From NCBI GenBank assembly GCA_013239625.1, contig MU054323.1:434001-498000 (forward strand): 64,000 nucleotides of DNA. The letters run 5' to 3'. The stretch is from Lama guanicoe. Its lineage: Eukaryota. Both the position numbers and the translations under genes were made by a program. This document shows positions 49,215 to 59,863 of this stretch, one piece after another (position 1 is the stretch's first letter; each line of letters begins with the position of its first letter). Under the pieces are notes generated by a model. The model was given only the letters and a program-made list of their open reading frames with translations. It was not told where the DNA came from and ran no database searches.

Positions 49215-51740
49215 TTTTTAGAAAAGTTTTTTGATTAACCAAAATTTACAATGGTAAATAGTATTAGTCTTATAACTAGAGGGTACTGAGCACTCATTAT
49301 ACAGAAATAAGCCTTGGGTTTCAAATATTTCCACTGGTGAAAATTCTCATATAAAACTTTTATGACAGTTGATGTTATGGGGGGGGGCATGTTAAATAGC
49401 AGAAACCAATATACTGTGTTTTTGGATATTAACAATAATAAAAAGACTCTAAATATACCAACTACAAATGGGAAAAAATGGAAGCAGCTGACTTAAAAGA
49501 TTTATATTATAGATTCCATAATTTTAACACGTTATGCTAAAAATCATAGCCTGTCACTTTTCCTTTGAGCCATTGTACGATCCCTCATAGACTAATACTG
49601 ACAGAGACAAATCAAAAATATTTTGAGAGACAGAAATATATCTTGCTCTTATTCTAGATCTTCAGGTAGATTCAATGAAAGGTCGATCATCCAGGAAGGT
49701 GACCCCCTTCTGTTTCCAGGTTGTGTGGACAGAGGAACAAATCCAATGGTGGTGGTGAGAGGTTCCTTGTTGCCAGGGGAGACTGGGGCTGGAGCAGGGA
49801 GAACACTTGGTGGGACTCTTGGGGTGCTTGTTGATCTTCTCAGAATAGGGGGAAACACAGGGTATCCCCTTCTCAGGAACCCCCTCCTGGGACACATCTT
49901 CAGCATCTGACCTCCAGTGGGTGGACGAAGAGGAACACCTGGGCTGGATGCTCCCCTGTCCTGTGAGATGGTTGAATCAAAGGAAGGAGAATCAAGACAA
50001 GCTCTGTCTTCTTCTTGTGGAAGATATGCTGGAAGAACTCAGGATGGAGTTGGCCAGACTGGAGGGACCCCACATAGGGCAACTGGTCAATGCTGGGCAA
50101 AGGGCTGTGTGCATCCCACCATCAAAACTTGATGCTCTCCCTTCCTCGGGGATCTGGTTGTTCAGGGGATTCCTAATTAGGCTTCCTGGCCTTTGCCAAA
50201 TGCCCTGTTTGGAACATCAAGGACAGTAGGATACTTTCCCCAACATTCACATTTTTCCTATACCAATTTTTGTGTGATATATCCATTTTCTTATTATAGT
50301 GAGGCTTCTCTCAATGAACAGAGTTCTCGCCCAATAGTGTGAACTTTTTTTTCTTGGGAAATAAGGTGGCTTTGATAATACCCAGTGATTCTCCTGCAAT
50401 TTTCTGAAATGTTTTTGGCCTGAATGTTACAGGTGTACAACTCTTCATATGCACTGTTGATGTTTTCGTCTGCCTTGGAAAAGGTCTCCTTTATCTTTTC
50501 AGCATAAATTCTCTGTAAATCAGATATGGGGTAAAAATTTCTTTTTGTTGATGCTGTCAGTCCGGGAAGGACTTGATGTTTCTGCAGGAGCTTTTGTGTG
50601 CCCCTTTGTACCGAGGTTGCTTTCTGGCTGCAGTAAAGCTTTTTGGTTTGGAGAGTTTCCATGTGATCTTTAAGTGCATTGATTATTTTAGCTTTTCCGT
50701 TTAACTTTGCATACATTGGATTTCTTTTTCTTGGAGAGTTTTTTGAGTAAGCCTTTAACTCTGCTGCATAAGTCAGTTTCTTCCCCACTCCTCTGATCCA
50801 CCTTGTATGCGATCTCCGTTAGATGCCTCTAGTGTGTCCAATTCCAAGTTCTCATGCTCCCTGTTGACCGCCACCAATAGTAGCTCAATTGCTCATCTTC
50901 AGCAAGTGTTCATGTAGAGGCTCCATCTGATTCTTTTTATTGTTAAGAACTTGCTCCATAGACAGTTCAGGATTTTCCGAGATTTTGTTTTCCTTTAATG
51001 AGTGCACCCACTCTACCCTTCCATCTTTGAGATTCTTGTGAAAGCAGCTCTATGCTTCTAAGAAGATTGAAAGTTTCTTCCAAAGCCTCCATTAGTGCCC
51101 CTGAAGCTGTTCTCCACAACTGCTGGTGGATTTTGAAGGATGTTTTGGTTGCAGCCACTTACTGGATTTGCTCAGTTGAGTCTTTTAAGGACAGAGACTT
51201 GCTCGGTATGCTGGCCATCAGCCGAACTTGCTGTAAACATTTTGATTTAGCTCCTTCTCGTGCTTTTCTATAAAACTCTATTATAAGACCGAGCAGAGAG
51301 CTGTTGCTTTCCAGCTCATTGTTCATGGTGTTCGTATTTGCTATTTCTGGTAGATCGTTCTTGAGTCTGACTTCTAAGAGAGTTGATTTAAGGTCTCCAC
51401 ATTCTCTTCCCATATTGCTAAACCTCTCAAAAATGTGATGTCTTCCCTCCAGAAAGACAGAAACTCCAGCGGCCAGTTCTTTGTCTCTCCTTACAGAGTA
51501 ATACATAATTTTAAACATTAAAAACTCCCCCACGGGCTGTAAAAGTCACCATCTCTCCCACAATTTGAAGGGATCTGGACCTGGGCTCAGCTCCCCTGGC
51601 AGCGTTGCCAGTGCCTGGCACAGGGTCTCCAGCATCAGCACCATGCAGAGCACCAAGGCCATCAGGGGACCTTCAGTGGCTCCTATGGCCTCTGCTGTAC
51701 CGCCTAGGTTGCCAGGACCCTGCTGGCCACAACAGACGTC
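49215..51740 (-). pseudogene. Processed pseudogene (retrocopy) of cTAGE5/MIA2 (CTAGE family ER-exit-site factor)
   Basis: Successive minus-strand ORF pieces are colinear with cTAGE5 as I recall it. Examples: LETLCQALATLPGELSPGPDPFKLWE ~ LEELRRVVAALPEGMRPDSNLYGFPWE; KSKCLQQVRLMASIPSKSLSLKD ~ KSKHSEQDELMADISKRIQSLED; ATKTSFKIHQ...ALMEALEE...LLSQESQRWKGRVGAL ~ EAKMTFKIFQ...AIKDALNE...LLQEAEVWKEQVSEL; MEQVLNNKKNQMEPLHEHLLKMSN* ~ AEQVLNDKESHIKTLTERLLKMKDW; FSKADENINSAYEEL...YQSHLISQEKKVH ~ LSKVDEKISHATEEL...YQGQIISHEKKAH; RRGFLRRGYPVFPP ~ RGPFLRRGPPFPP. No introns, several stops and frameshifts, an AT-rich 3'UTR-like tail (49235-49650) and a decayed poly(A) (T-rich on + at ~49215-49232). Confidence 0.9.
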
Positions 51741-52074
51741 AGGGCCCCGTGGTGAGCATTCTGCCCAGAACCTCTTCTGTGCCAGGCAACCAGGGCAGAC
51801 CCCAGTGGAGGGGGTGGACACGAAACACAGTGTCTCCCAGGCATCCTACATCCTGACACACAAGGAAAATGATCACATCACATGACCTTGGGGATATGAA
51901 CTGGGCTCTGCGGGCCGGAGGGAATGACTGGTGGCTTTAGCCACCCAGGGTCCTTCTGGTTAACCTAGGAACTAGGGAGATGAATCTCTTTCTACACCTG
52001 TAACCATCCTGGGTCACTAGCCTGGAGGTTTCAAGTTGGAGCGTTTGTAGGCCCTTCACACTGGCCTTTTTCTT

Positions 52075-52240
52075 CCTCTTTTTAAAATTGAGATGACTTT
52101 CATATAACATAGTATTTTAACTATTTGAAAGTGAACAGTTCAGTGGCATTTCATACACTTGCAATGTTGTGCAACCACCACCTTTATCTAGTTCCAAAAC
52201 ATTGTCATCGTTCCCAAAGGAAATCCCTTACTCACTAAGC
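52075..52240 (-). mobile_element. L1MB-type 3' end
   Basis: aaattgagatg..tttcatataacat...aaagtgaacagttcagtggcatt...gttgtgcaaccaccac...ttccaaaacatt. Confidence 0.8.
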
Positions 52241-54379
52241 CGATCTCCAGGGAGACTCTGGCTCCTGGATTCTGAATCCAGATCCCTGACTCCAGGGAGA
52301 GGGGCAGCAGGGCGTCTAAGCAAGGCAGGAGAGGATGTGAGGTGGGGGTGGGGGAGGCAGTGGAGGAGATGGTTCCTTTAGGAATTGTCTGGGGTCGTCT
52401 GTCCAGGCTGCGGGTAAGCAATTGTTCCCACAGTCTGGGAACCAGCCTTCTGTCTGGGCTTAAAACACAGCAGACACCTGTTTCTGAGATCCCCAAGGGA
52501 ACCTTCCAGGCCAGCGCTCCCTGTCTGCCTGGTCATGAGTCAGGTTTGCCCTCCCTGTTATCTCTGGCACCTTCCTCAGAACTGCAGAGGCTTTTGAAAT
52601 TTGAAAATTGCCTCCTAGAACCAAAGCTGTAAAAGGGTAAACTCTGGTGGGAGACAAGATGAGACAGACAAATACGTCAGCTTCCATGGGGTTGCCCTGA
52701 GCACCTCCTCGGTCCTAAAGAAAAATCTGAGAAGATAAAAGGCGTACTTTCTGCAGTTGATCTGCTGTCTTGCTGGGGAATCAAGATGAGTCCCTGCCAT
52801 GGGCTGAGCCCTCTCCAACGTGACTGGGGTACACAACCAAAAATAATTGCTAAATGATTGCTTTAGCCTCTCTGGTACATTTTTGGAGAACTATGAACAA
52901 TTTAAGATCCTAGAAAAGTCTACATGAAGGAAGGGGGTGTCGGACTGGATGATAATGATGGTTAAGAAAGCTGGCTCCTGCCATGGTGTTGGTGAGCGGT
53001 GGGACTGAGGCGACAGCGGGCTCTTAGACTGGGAGTCTGTGCCAGAGGAAACAGACTCCGAAGAGGAGGAACCAGAGCATGGAGAATCCTGCTTCCTTAC
53101 TCAGGTGTTTCTTGTCTTTATATACTCGGTTTCTTCTTCTTGAAGTCCTCCTCTGCCTTCTCACTCTAAAGACTCTTAGAAGAAGTAACCTCCTTCAGGA
53201 AGTTTTCCGCAAAGATTGCCAGGCAGAGCAGGGGACCCCTGGGCTCCACAGTGCTGGCTGCATACAAGCCTGTTACCTTGCATCTATTCCTTGTCCCTCC
53301 TGCTAGACTTTGAGCTTCGTGGGGGCAGCATGGGAACAGGGAGGGGCTCAGAAACTGGGGGTGCATCCGGGGTGCCCTGTTGATGTGAACCATCATATAT
53401 TAGTAAGAGGTCTTGGGGCAAGGGCTCTGATCTATCTCAGGTGGCTCCAGGTGGCTCCAGGTTTAAGGGTCTGTGATGCCCTTGTTTTCCTACAGAGCTG
53501 CCCATGGCCGGGAAGCCAGGTGTGGCCCAGTCTAGGAGACCGTGTTCATGTTCCGAGGGTCAGCATTCTGGATGAAGAGGAGCACACTGTGGTTGGAAAG
53601 AAGAGAGAAGGGAGAGGAGTACTGGGGGCCTGGAGGGGAGCATTAATCAGGCCAGGGGGGAGCCCTGGATGGGACTGGCAGGGAGGGGAGCTGTTTTTAG
53701 GAGGGCCGAGAGCAAAGGGCACAATGCTGATGAGGTCTGGGCTGCAGGAGGAGCCAGCATCCAGACTGGGAGCCCAGGCCAGGCCTCAGGGTGGGCCGGA
53801 AATCCCTGAGCCCGGAGTGAGTGGGGTCCCGAGGCCCCGCCCCCCGCCTGGATCAGACTCCTCATTGGCCCCTGCGAGTTTCCTGTGGGCTTCCCATCCC
53901 TGCTGAGGACTGGCTGCCAGAGGCTTCTTCATAAAGAACAGAGCTTGCTGCTTTCCCGCTCAAAATCTGTCACCGGCTGCTCATGGTCTGCTGGGTACAG
54001 TGGGATCTCAAAGCGGAGAGCCCAGTCCAGCTTGGTGGGTGGGGAGCAGGGTGGGTTTGCAGAGGGTGAGACGCGTGCGCTGAGTCTGGAGAGTCAGCAG
54101 ATGTCTCGAAGGCTGTCAGCAGGCGCAGGCAGTGGAGGCTCAGGGACTCCCAGGAATCACTGGGTGCCAATGACCGTGTGCCAACCGTGAAGGAATCAAA
54201 CAGCCAAGCATGGGAAGGGAGAGGCACAGATTGGGGAGGGGGTGGGTGGTTTCTAAAATCCAAAGGTCGGCAGGTAGGAAATGTGGCAAGGACTCAGGCT
54301 GGAACGGTGACAGGGGTTGGATCCCAAAGGATCTTGTATAATAAGTTCAGTTGTTAATGGCACACCCTGAAAGTCATTT

Positions 54380-55150
54380 TTTGTTTTCTTCTGATAGGAT
54401 ATTGTACCTCAAGTACAAATTTAAAAGGCAAAACCAAATTAGGATCCTTCTGTATTCAATTTTCTAGCCTCTTTTTTCATTCAGCTTTACATTGTGAACA
54501 TCTTCAGGTACCATCAACAAATCCTCCACGAACATTTTTGTGACTGTAGAATAGTCCATCCAAAAGATACATCAAAATGTGTTTACCATTTCCTTATTTT
54601 TGGATCTGTAAGTTGTTTTCATTTTTTAATACTAAAAATAAAATGGTAATAGACACCCTATGCATATGTCTTTGATGTACATCTCTCAGTATTTCCATAG
54701 AGTTGATTCTTAGAAGGAAAATTCTTGGACAAAAAGGCATGGGCATTTTAAAATCTCCTGATACTTGTTAAATTGTTTTCCCAAAGTGTTGTGCACATTT
54801 TATACTTCCTACCCTTAGGACACCAGAATGCCAGTCTCACAACCCTCATGGACAATGAGAATGATCATTTGGGGAAAAAACTCTGGCATTTTGAAAGAAA
54901 AATAAAAAGGTTAGCTACATTAATTCGATTTTCCTTGATAGTTGAAGAAAAAAAATTTAGGTGTCTATTTGTCTTATGCATTTCTCCTGAAATTGTTCAT
55001 TTCCTTTGCCCAGTTTTTATGAGATTATTTTCCTTATAGACTTAGAAAAAGAATTTATGTTTTAAGCATGCAAACTCTTTATAGTTGCTTTAAAAATTTT
55101 CACAGTTTTAAATTTATTTATTTTTTATTTCATGAATGTTGTGATTTAAT
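54380..55150 (-). mobile_element. Old L1M (L1ME-type) fragment
   Basis: gactgtagaatagtccat...agttgttttcatttttt...aattgttttcccaaagtgttgtgcacattttatacttcc. Confidence 0.7.
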
Positions 55151-55559
55151 ATCTAGCTGCTGGCTTTTACTGGACCTAATGTCTTTAGGTTGGGTGGGGT
55201 AAGGAAGGCTGGGGGAGGGACCAAGGACCACAGGATGGCTTGTAGGTTTCTGGCTTGGCTCAGGGAGCTCCGAGGGTGTGATGAATGGCACTGACTATGC
55301 CTGCGGTACATCCAGGTGGAGATATTGAGGAAGAACTGGGAATAACATCTGAATCTCATTCCCAGGATGGGACCCAAGAGTGTTTGTTGAAAGAATGAAG
55401 AGATAGCTGGATTTAGAGCTCAGCAGAGAGTTCTGGGAGGAGACACAAGTTCTGAGTTTGTGTTGGGGTCAGAACCAGGGTTCGAGTCTCCTGACTCCTG
55501 GTCCAGTGAGCTCCTTCCAGAGCATCAAAAGCATCTGATGGTAGTTGGGGGGAGGGAGA

Positions 55560-57300
55560 TTTGAAGTGGTCAAATTCATGAAGCATCAAATTTTTTTAAC
55601 TTCATTGTCTTTTTTTTTTTTTAAATGAGCGTCTGATTGTCACACTTCTTTCCAATCTGTAATTGGCTTCTTCTTTCCCACGGGGAGGTGGGCTATGGTT
55701 TGGATACCTCAAGCCAAATTAATCTTGGAGGCTGACACAGGAACACATCAAATGTTTGTCATAACGGATCTGTTCTCCATTTGCATTCATTAATTTAGTC
55801 TCTTCTACAACAAGTGGCATTAATATAGCATAATTGACTTTTCCATTACACTGGATTAATTAATAGGAATCAATATGGAAGGAACATTAACAAGGTACAG
55901 AGCAATTAAAATCTTCCACAATTAGTTCCCATTGCCTTGCGTTTCTGTCACGGAAGGAGACCAACCAGCACCACCCCCGCCAACACGCCCCCAAACTCTT
56001 CCTGTGTGAGCAGAGATTCTGCAGTTTTGTTTTTTCTTCTTCTGCTTTGTGACTTGACAAAATCGGATAAAACCATAGTATTTAATTTTACAGCATGCCT
56101 GTAATTTGGCGTCACCGGCATAAAACTGCTCCTCCACCAGGCTAAATCGTGCAATAATGGTTTTTCCTTGGGGCTGCATCATTTTTAGAGGTATCTGTAA
56201 AGGAGGATTTGCAGCTCTGTGCGGTGAAGCCAGGAATGTGTCTGTGCAGGTTGCCAAGCGAATGTCAATCTCTTTTGTCATCCGCTGTCCTGTCGCCTCC
56301 CCTTCCTCCAGAGGCGGCTGCCCGGCGCTGGCTGGGCGCTGCAGAACCCCGGCTGGGAGCTCCGCGAGTAGGTCGCCGCAGCACTTAGCCCGCGTCCTGC
56401 AGCATCACACAGAGGCTCAGCCCCGGGGAACAGAACTGCACGCAGAGGGGATCAGCATCTGCGCTTCGTTTGCGAGCTGTCATCAACTGATAAAGTCACC
56501 CCCACCCCCCCGCCATGGCTTCTCCTCCGTGCTTCCCCCACACTGGGGTTACTCCTCCTGGCAATGATGGAGGGAGGGAAAGAACTGAGGTACGAAGAGG
56601 AAAGGGACCGGTCCGAGGTCTCCCAGCAATTAGGGACAGATCCTTGGGAGGAACCTGGGCCTCCTCCAGCTCAAAACTATCATTTGGAAATAAGTGCCCA
56701 GAGGGTCCATTTGCAGCCACGTCTGCATAACTAATTTGGGGTTGCAGAGCAACTTCAGAAAGCAGGGCTGATCCTGAGCTTACAAATAACTATTATTAAT
56801 TTTTTTTTTGGTGCAATGCTTATGGTTGACTTTCTTACGTGTTTATTTCTTCTGTTTGATTTTTCTCAGTTATTCCAAACTGTGGAATTGCGTCTTGAGG
56901 CACAAAGGCACACAGACGTGGAGAAGGCAGGCTTGAAATACCGCCTGTGCCCGCAGGCCCGTGTGTCCGGGCCTGGGCAGCCTTGGCTGGGACTGCGGGC
57001 TGAGGCCCGGCCAGCTGGCTGCTTCGGGGACCGCCAGCCCCGCTGGGGCCTCCCGGCGTTGCCTGGAAACCGTGCAACAATGCTTCCCCAGCAGCCCCGC
57101 GATGATCTTTTCTGAAGTGGCAGCCCCTTCAATTATTTTATTTCCATTATATTATGTTAATTAAATCAGCAAAAAAAGAACAGAGCACATGCATGTTCCG
57201 AGTGGAGTGGCTGCAAAGGGTTAATCGGTATGGCCCTGGCGGCCGCTGGGTGAGCAGAGTAGCTGGCAAAGGGCATCAAGATGGACTGTATTCCAGCCGG
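55560..57300. promoter_or_regulatory. Candidate developmental enhancer cluster with CpG-rich patches
   Basis: About 1.7 kb without recognisable repeats; more than 10 TAAT/ATTA cores in 55780-55930; CpG-rich 56280-56480 and 56930-57110. Confidence 0.5.
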
Positions 57301-58856
57301 CCCAGTCACTGGTGATCCAGCAGAAGCCCCCTTGTCCTTGCTTCTGCCTATGTTTTGGCTGTCTGATTTTTCAGCGCTCCTGAGCCCCGAGCCCCTGGGG
57401 GCTGCCCTTGGTGGGTGCACATGCAGGTGGGGCATCAGGTGGGGGCCCATGCAGAAGGCATCCTTTGACCCTTTGAAGAACTCCTTAGAGCTCCCAGCCA
57501 GACTTTGTAGAAACCACCACACCCACTTAACTGGCAGCAAAGACCTTGTAGATAGCTCGTATGACTGCTCTCAGGCAGAGGTTTTGAAAACATCTGAGTG
57601 CTTTGCTGCAATAAAATCTTACACCAAATCCTCAAAATATAAACCAGTTAACAGTGGGGCCACTTTGATTAGAGTCAGAGCTGGGGTGGGGACAATATCC
57701 CCCCGGCCCCATCTCTGATGTGGATGGAGCACAGTTTGAAAACCAGGGCTTTAAAGCCCCAGAACCATGGGTTGTATCTGGGCTGCCTGGTGCCCAGCAT
57801 CTCAGGACCACACAGCCCTCCCATCTCGGTGTTCTTGTGCCTGGAGAAATGGGTGTTAGATCCCTGGGAATTTCTGAATTTAGAAACAGAGGGTGCTCCA
57901 ACTTCAATGTACCTGTCTACATAACAGACATAAAAATTCCACGTGACCTTGCAGGATCATAAACTTTAAGAACCAATCAATGCATAGTGGCTAGTTTTGG
58001 CCTGTGGTCTCACTCCTGGGAAGGCAACAGCCTTTCACTAAGGGTGTTTCTTGAAGGATGTCTTTGCTTTTTAGTAAATGCTCAGAGATTATCTCCCCTT
58101 GTCTTCTTCTACCGTGGGCTAGTGAGGCTGTGTTTCAGGCTATTATTTGACTCTGATGCTTCTCTGCATTCTGCAGAGGCCTGTCCAAGGAGCCTGGGGA
58201 CCTGCAACCTGATTCTGGTCTTGGCCCAGACTCTCTGTGAGGTGGGAGACAGAACCTTTTCTCTCTGGCTGCTGGTTTCTTCCTCAGTCAAGCGAGGGCC
58301 CTGGCATCAGTGAGCTGGTAGATTCCCCTGCTGCTGGGGTGTCCTCTCATTTGAATACCATCAACAAAAATAGCAGTGCAATGCCTTCTGTTTAAAAGAC
58401 GATGGAGCAATTACTCTAAAGTTTATTCCCTGCTCCCTCGCGTTTTCTATATTGCAAATCTCCACCGTTTTAAAATTAAGTTGTAAATGAGATTTGAGTT
58501 TCACATCACTTACTTTCTTCTCTCTCCAAGAGAAAGAGTTGAATAACCAGTTCAAAGAAAACGTATGCATAACTGAAATTCAAAGAGGGTTGGAAAGATT
58601 TTCTTTCTCCTAATCTTGGTTATGGGGCTGACCATCTGATTAAGTTTCTCCAGGCACCCCTGTGATGGTGTGATTCTCCATCCAACACTCTTAGTAACGT
58701 CCCCCTTGTTGACAGGGCGAAGCCCAAGGTTAGCACCAACACCGTCATCATAGAAATGATGGAAAACAGTTATAAAGTGCCTACTGTGGGCCAAGCATTT
58801 CATATATATGAACTTAAAAAAATTCTTTCAGACACACTCTGAAGCTGCTATCCTTA

Positions 58857-58934
58857 AAAAAAATTTTTTTAATCGAATAATTGATTTACAATGCTGTGTT
58901 AGTTTCCGGTATACAGCATAGTGATTCAGTTTTT

Positions 58935-58979
<45 letters not shown>

Positions 58980-59863
58980 TCTTTTTCACATTCTTTTTCA
59001 TTATAGGTCATTACAAGCTATTGAATATAGTTCCCTGTGCTGTACGGTAGGACCTTGCTGGTTAGCCATTTTATAGTAGTAGTTTGTATCTGCCAATCCC
59101 AAGCTCCTAATTTATCCCTCCCCTACTTTCCCCTTTGGTAACCATAGTTTTGTTTTTTATACCTGTGAGTCTGTTTGTCTTTTGTAAATAAGTTTATTTC
59201 TATTATTATTTAAGATTCCACATATTAATGATATCATGTATTTGTCTTTCTTTGTCTGACTGTCTTCCCTTGGGATGATGATCTCTAGGTCCACCCATGT
59301 TGCTGCAAATGGCATTATTTCATTCTTCTCCTGGCTGAGTAGTATTCCACTGTATATATAAACACCACATCTTCTTTATCCAATCATCCGTGAATGGACA
59401 TTTAAGTTGCTTCCATGTCTTGGCTATAGTAAATAATGCTGCTATGAACATTGGAATGCATGTATCTTTTTGAATTAGAGTTCCCTCTGGATATATGCCC
59501 AGGAGTGGGACTGCTGGATCACAGGGTAAGTCTATTTTAGTTTTTTGAGGAATCTCCATCCTGTTTTCCATAATGGCTGCACCAAACTACATTCCCACCA
59601 ACAGTGTAGGAGTGTTCCCTTTTCTCCACACCCTTTCCAGCATTTATTGTTTGTGAACTTCTTAATGATGGCCATTCTGACCTGTATGAGGTGGTACCTC
59701 ATTGTAGTTTTGATTTGTATTTCTCTGATAAATTAGCAATATTGAACATCTTTTCATGTGCCTATTGGCCATCTATATGTCATCTTTGGAGAAATCTCTA
59801 TTTAGGTCTTCTGCCCATTTTTTATATTGGGCTGTTTGCTTTTGTGTTGCTGAGTTGTATGAG
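58857..59863 (-). mobile_element. 5'-truncated LINE-1 nested in a MIR, 17-bp TSD
   Basis: ORF 59320-59571 contains [43 protein letters not shown] (L1 ORF2 end). TSD tgaagctgctatcctta (58840-58856) / tgaagctgatattctta (59864-59880); internal (TA)n at ~58935-58979. Confidence 0.95.

Noticed and set aside
49140..49249. 13-bp direct repeat aaccaaaatttac (49140-49152, 49237-49249) as TSD of the retrocopy
   Set aside because: Both copies lie at the same end of the retrocopy and the tail geometry does not fit TPRT; no true TSD was found at the 5' end.
50294..50788. 164-aa ORF as an intact gene
   Set aside because: It is an internal fragment of the frameshifted cTAGE5 retrocopy, begins at GTG rather than ATG, and homology continues past both ends in other frames.
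53310..53906. 198-aa ORF, the longest in the window
   Set aside because: Non-ATG start, overlaps an L2 relic, GC-rich low-information translation, no recognisable domain.
56300..56390. CTCF-like motifs
   Set aside because: Candidates mismatch the core CCASYAGRKGGC spacing; not supportable without a PWM scan.
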